Shown: positions 60,050 through 64,000 of the stretch, in pieces
How positions within the stretch are numbered: position 1 is the first letter of the stretch
How the letters are laid out: every line of letters begins with the position of its first letter
Notes under the pieces: model-generated
The model's database searches: none
Told to the model about the DNA's origin: nothing
Seen by the model: only the letters and a program-made list of their open reading frames with translations
Assembly: GCA_053919585.1 (NCBI GenBank)
Contig: CM132816.1
From: Euprymna scolopes
Taxonomy: Eukaryota
Length of the DNA: 64,000 nucleotides
Reading direction: 5' to 3' (one strand)
Program-made: the position numbers and the translations under genes

Positions 60050-61740
60050 TTTTCATAAGTTTCCATTTCAGTTTCGATTCAAGATGATGCATCCAAGACA
60101 TATGGATATATTTTTTTATTTTTGAAATCGCAACTTTATAATATATAAAAATTGATAGAAAATTTATCATATTTAAATGTACTTTATGACTGGGCTATGC
60201 CGGGCGTTCCTGCTAACTTAGATAATTACTTTTGCAGTTTTAACAAAATACCTACAATAATATCTGGGCACCTCCATTTATGCTGAACATCCACAGAATG
60301 CCAACATCAATATATTACATATGAAAGAGTAATTATATATATAATAGAAAGAACAGATTTCAGTAAGGATATTTTTAACAGTTATTTATTCATCCGTCTG
60401 GTCAATCAAAGGTTTCAACCATATCTCAAACTTTCCAGGAAATGGATTCATGAGAAAAAAATATACCTGCAAAATTGAAAAATCGATTTTTGTTTGTAAA
60501 TAATATTGCATCTATATCTATTCATAATGTTAAGCTATCCACATATGCTTCTATATATAGTATTTTCAAGGTTATGAGAGGTTTATCTCTACAATTATAT
60601 AAATGCAACGTTGTCTGTGTGTGCATGTGAGTTCGTTCCTTATAGATTCCGAAACGACTGAACAGATTTTCTTTAACATTTGCAGAACTTCAGTCTGGGA
60701 GTGGTCTTAGTTGAGTTTTGCCGCAGAATACCCCAGATAATTACCGATAATCAAAACCGTTATTTTAATTTATTTATCATCGGTAAAGTCATTTTTTCCA
60801 TGTCGTTGCTTAGCAACAATGATAGAACAACAGGCCATGAAAATTCTACTGTGTTTTTTGTTGTTGTTTTTTTGCATGGCGTGGTGTGTAGGTTAAAACT
60901 CTGCATGTAAATTTCTTAATTTTATCTTCATTAATTGCAATGAATTTTATAAGACTTGAAAATTTATGCATTCTTCTTTTTTTTGCATGATGTAGTCTGT
61001 AGGTTCAAACTCTGCACGTAAATTTTTTAATGTTTTTTTTTTCGTTAACTGGAAAAAAGTTCTACTTATATATAAAAGGCACTTTGTCTATGTGTGTGCG
61101 AGTTCGTTCTCTATAGACTCCAAAACGATTGAGCCTATTTTAAAAAAAAATTCACACACATGTACCTTATGTGCCTGAGAGTATTTTTAGATAGGTTTTG
61201 TATCAGAATACCTCTGATAAGTATCAAAAATCGATAATCAAAGAAATATGATTAAAGAAACAGTCCAATTTCGGCCAAAGTTAACACTTTTATGTAGCCT
61301 ACCAACATAATTGCATTCAAGAAGTTTTATCACCACACAAGTCGAATGGCTTGGTCTGTAAAATCAACAGTAGATTCTTTGATAAGACAGAGGCGCGTTC
61401 AAAATGAATGCTTCACTTCAGAGTATAATTGGACCATTGTACTTGACTTTTGCATTTTAAACTTAATTCAAGTCATTATATAAAATTAAAAATAATTTCA
61501 TAAAATCAACAGTAGGTTCTCTAAACTGCAATGTAGACTACAATGACTAACTCACTACAGAGAGGCATGTGACGCTTCCTCCCAGTGCACAGCAGTGAGT
61601 TCCTGACTACAGCAGACAATGAGTTGATTTGATTGATGAATGTGCAATTTCACCGATTTCGATGACAATAAAAGTATTAGAAGTGTGGAACATTTGTTAA
61701 TCCTCTTTAAATCCCGAGCAATGTCGAGTCGCCCTGCTAG
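59785..61740 (+). mobile_element. Cluster of Helitron-like non-autonomous elements
   Basis: Related heads tctctacaattatataaatgc (~60586) and tctacttatatataaaaggc (~61061). 3' ends gggctatgccgggcgttcctgCTAA (~60216) and cccgagcaatgtcgagtcgccctgCTAG|t (61740). Confidence 0.55.
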
Positions 61741-62115
61741 TGAAGCATAAAAACGATGTTTTATATTTAATGTTTTATTTTTATATTTCAACTTGATCAC
61801 AAAATGTAGCAAAATAAAAATGAAGTTGGAAAAAACTTGAAATTTGTTTATTGGGTTGTGTTTACGTGAATTAGTTTTACCGTTTATGAAGGAAGAATGT
61901 TGTACTTTTAAAATTTTTTTAATTTCTAATGTATTCGCATTCATTTCAACCGACAACAAACAAGACACAATCGATTTCAGTATTTATAATAAATGTTTAG
62001 AAACTGAAACAAATGTGATGAACAGTAAAAATAATAATATTATTATTAATAATAATAATAAGAGTTGAAACAAAAATGATAGTAAATAAATACAGTAAAA
62101 TATAAACAACATTGG

Positions 62116-62204
62116 TAATAATAATAATACTTCCTGGGGAACAGAAAATATGGTTATAATAATAATAATAATAATAATACTTCCTGAGGAACAGAAAATA
62201 TGGT

Positions 62205-62238
<34 letters not shown>

Positions 62239-62260
62239 CCTGAGGAACAGAAAATATGCT
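62116..62260 (+). repeat. (AAT)n microsatellite interleaved with a triplicated ~25-bp unit cttcctgRggaacagaaaatatg
   Basis: Directly visible in the sequence. Confidence 0.9.
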
Positions 62261-62890
62261 AAAAAGGAAAAAGAAGAACACACAGCCTATTATATATAGA
62301 CCAAAGAATCACGAAGGAGGTAAAAAGTAGAAAAATGAATATAGCCATGGCATGGATCGATTACAAGACATACAATAAGTATGGATAATAGAATGCCTGA
62401 GGATGTACAAAACACTAGGTAAGATTATCAATTTGATAGAAAATGCAATGAGGACATGGAGACTTGAACTGACAGTTGATGGACAATACATAGCTGTGAT
62501 CAAAATACAAAAAGGTATCTATCACCACTACTGTTCATCATAGCCATGATGCCCCTTAACAATATACTAAGAAAATGACAAGTCAGTTACAAGTTTACTA
62601 ATGCAAATGAAAGAATGAATCACCTGAAAGTATTTGCAAAAACCAAGAATGAACTAAAGACAAAAAAAATCAGAATTTTCAGCCAGGATATGCGAATAAC
62701 ATTTGGCATGGAAAAGTGTACACTGCTAATCATGAGAAGGGGAAAACTAGAAGCAATGGAAGGTATGGTACTACCCATTCTGAAAGCAGCACCATCAAAA
62801 TAACAGAAATAAAAGAGAAAATTAGAACGGAATACCTCAGAAAAATAAGAAAGCTTCTCGAAACGAAACTATTGTGAGAAATTCTGCAGA
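62236..62890 (+). mobile_element. 5'-truncated Dong/R4-clade retrotransposon RT fragment
   Basis: LPEEQKIC, AMAWIDYK, WIIECLRMY, NAMRTWRLEL, SPLLFIIAMMPL, MNHL, IFSQDMRITFGMEKC and KLLETKL are motifs of R4/Dong RT. It begins in an (AAT)n tract. Confidence 0.8.
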
Positions 62891-64000
62891 AATAAGCAGG
62901 CTTCTTATTGGTCAGTTTGTCTGCCCACAATTTTGTTTGAACTATTCAGATTGCTTGTTATTTACTAATTGCCGAGGATGTGCTTGGCACCAAATTTATC
63001 CTTTCAGATCATCAGTTTCGATACAGACTCGGTTGAAGATGGACGCTCGAAATTCACTCAAAATTACTTTCTCTCTTTGAGACATATTGATGCCCTAATG
63101 TGGGGCGAAATATCATGCCCTTATGTTGGGTGAATTACACTATTGTGCTCTGTAAATCAATTGACTTTCTTCATTACAATATAATGTCTGTCAGAGATGA
63201 AATTAAGGTCTACAGTTTAACCTGTCATTTGTCTGCCATTTGGACAGTTATCTACAGTGGACTCCTCGAGGCTAGCCGACTTGCAGTAACCATCTTGGAA
63301 GATATCACTGAACTCTTCAACCTGTACAGTGTTCTTCATCGGCAGAGTTTTGTACACAGCGTTTATCGAAGATGAACTATTGCTCCTTTGGCGATATTAC
63401 CAGCCCATTACGGCAGATAGCTGAAGATGACGCATCTTTTGCAACTTGGATCTTTTTGCTTTAATAAAATTTACGTTGAAGTTTAAAAGGTGAGTCTGTT
63501 GTAATTCTGATTGGTTTTCTTTTATTCTGCCAGGGGCAAAACCTATGTGTGAAATTTCCTCACACCGGTTTTTTTTGCAAGAGTTGTAGTCCCCCCACCT
63601 CTTATTTGTTTTTTTCTTGCAAGAGTCACGTTGATTTATAATTGTAGTTTAAATTCTTAACCTGCAGTATAAATGTTGACATTTCTTTTGTTCTCATTTT
63701 TTATATTGAAGCGTTCTTAGATTTGTTGTAATTTGTAAATTTAAAAAAAAAAGGTATATTATCCATCTTATTAAAAAAAAAAAAACCACATCCATCTTAT
63801 TAATTTGTATCTGCTTGAAAAAAAAGAAGCGTTCATTCTTAAATTGTAATTTGAAAAAAAAACAAAACAAAAAAAAACGTTTTTTGTTTGTTCATTATTT
63901 ATCAAGTGAAGATATTATTGATATTCCTTGATCAGAAGATAATATAAAAAATTATTAATTGTAATTATATTGATGTTGTTTGTCTGTTGCTTAAATGTTG

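Overview
AT-rich eukaryotic (invertebrate animal) genomic DNA, not prokaryotic; a lophotrochozoan or arthropod source is only an inference from the element families. The one host-gene piece found is a spliced terminal exon (9677-9826, +) encoding the C-terminal half of a Polycomb-type SAM domain (Sfmbt/MBTD1/L3MBTL-like). The ORF track misses it, and a probable long 3' UTR follows. Upstream, in its last intron, is a nest of LINEs: a CR1-group endonuclease fragment, a near full-length but disrupted I/Nimb-clade LINE with RNase H, and older pieces of the same family. 13.9-24.4 kb is a transposon graveyard: head-to-tail Helitron-like elements, a Nin/Deu-domain SINE whose tail matches the resident LINE, a Pol III-box element carrying a hammerhead ribozyme, a complete non-autonomous hAT with an 8-bp TSD, and Gypsy remnants. 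The dominant structure is a ~24.5 kb CpG-rich modular satellite (26.9-51.4 kb). It has long divergent 'ancestral' units at the edges, a homogeneous core with 300, 766 and ~1681-bp periodicities, four orientation switches, a solo LTR and a repairable orphan ORF. Many near-perfect short-loop hairpins surround it. The right end holds Penelope, Helitron, RTE, CR1 and Dong/R4 remnants.
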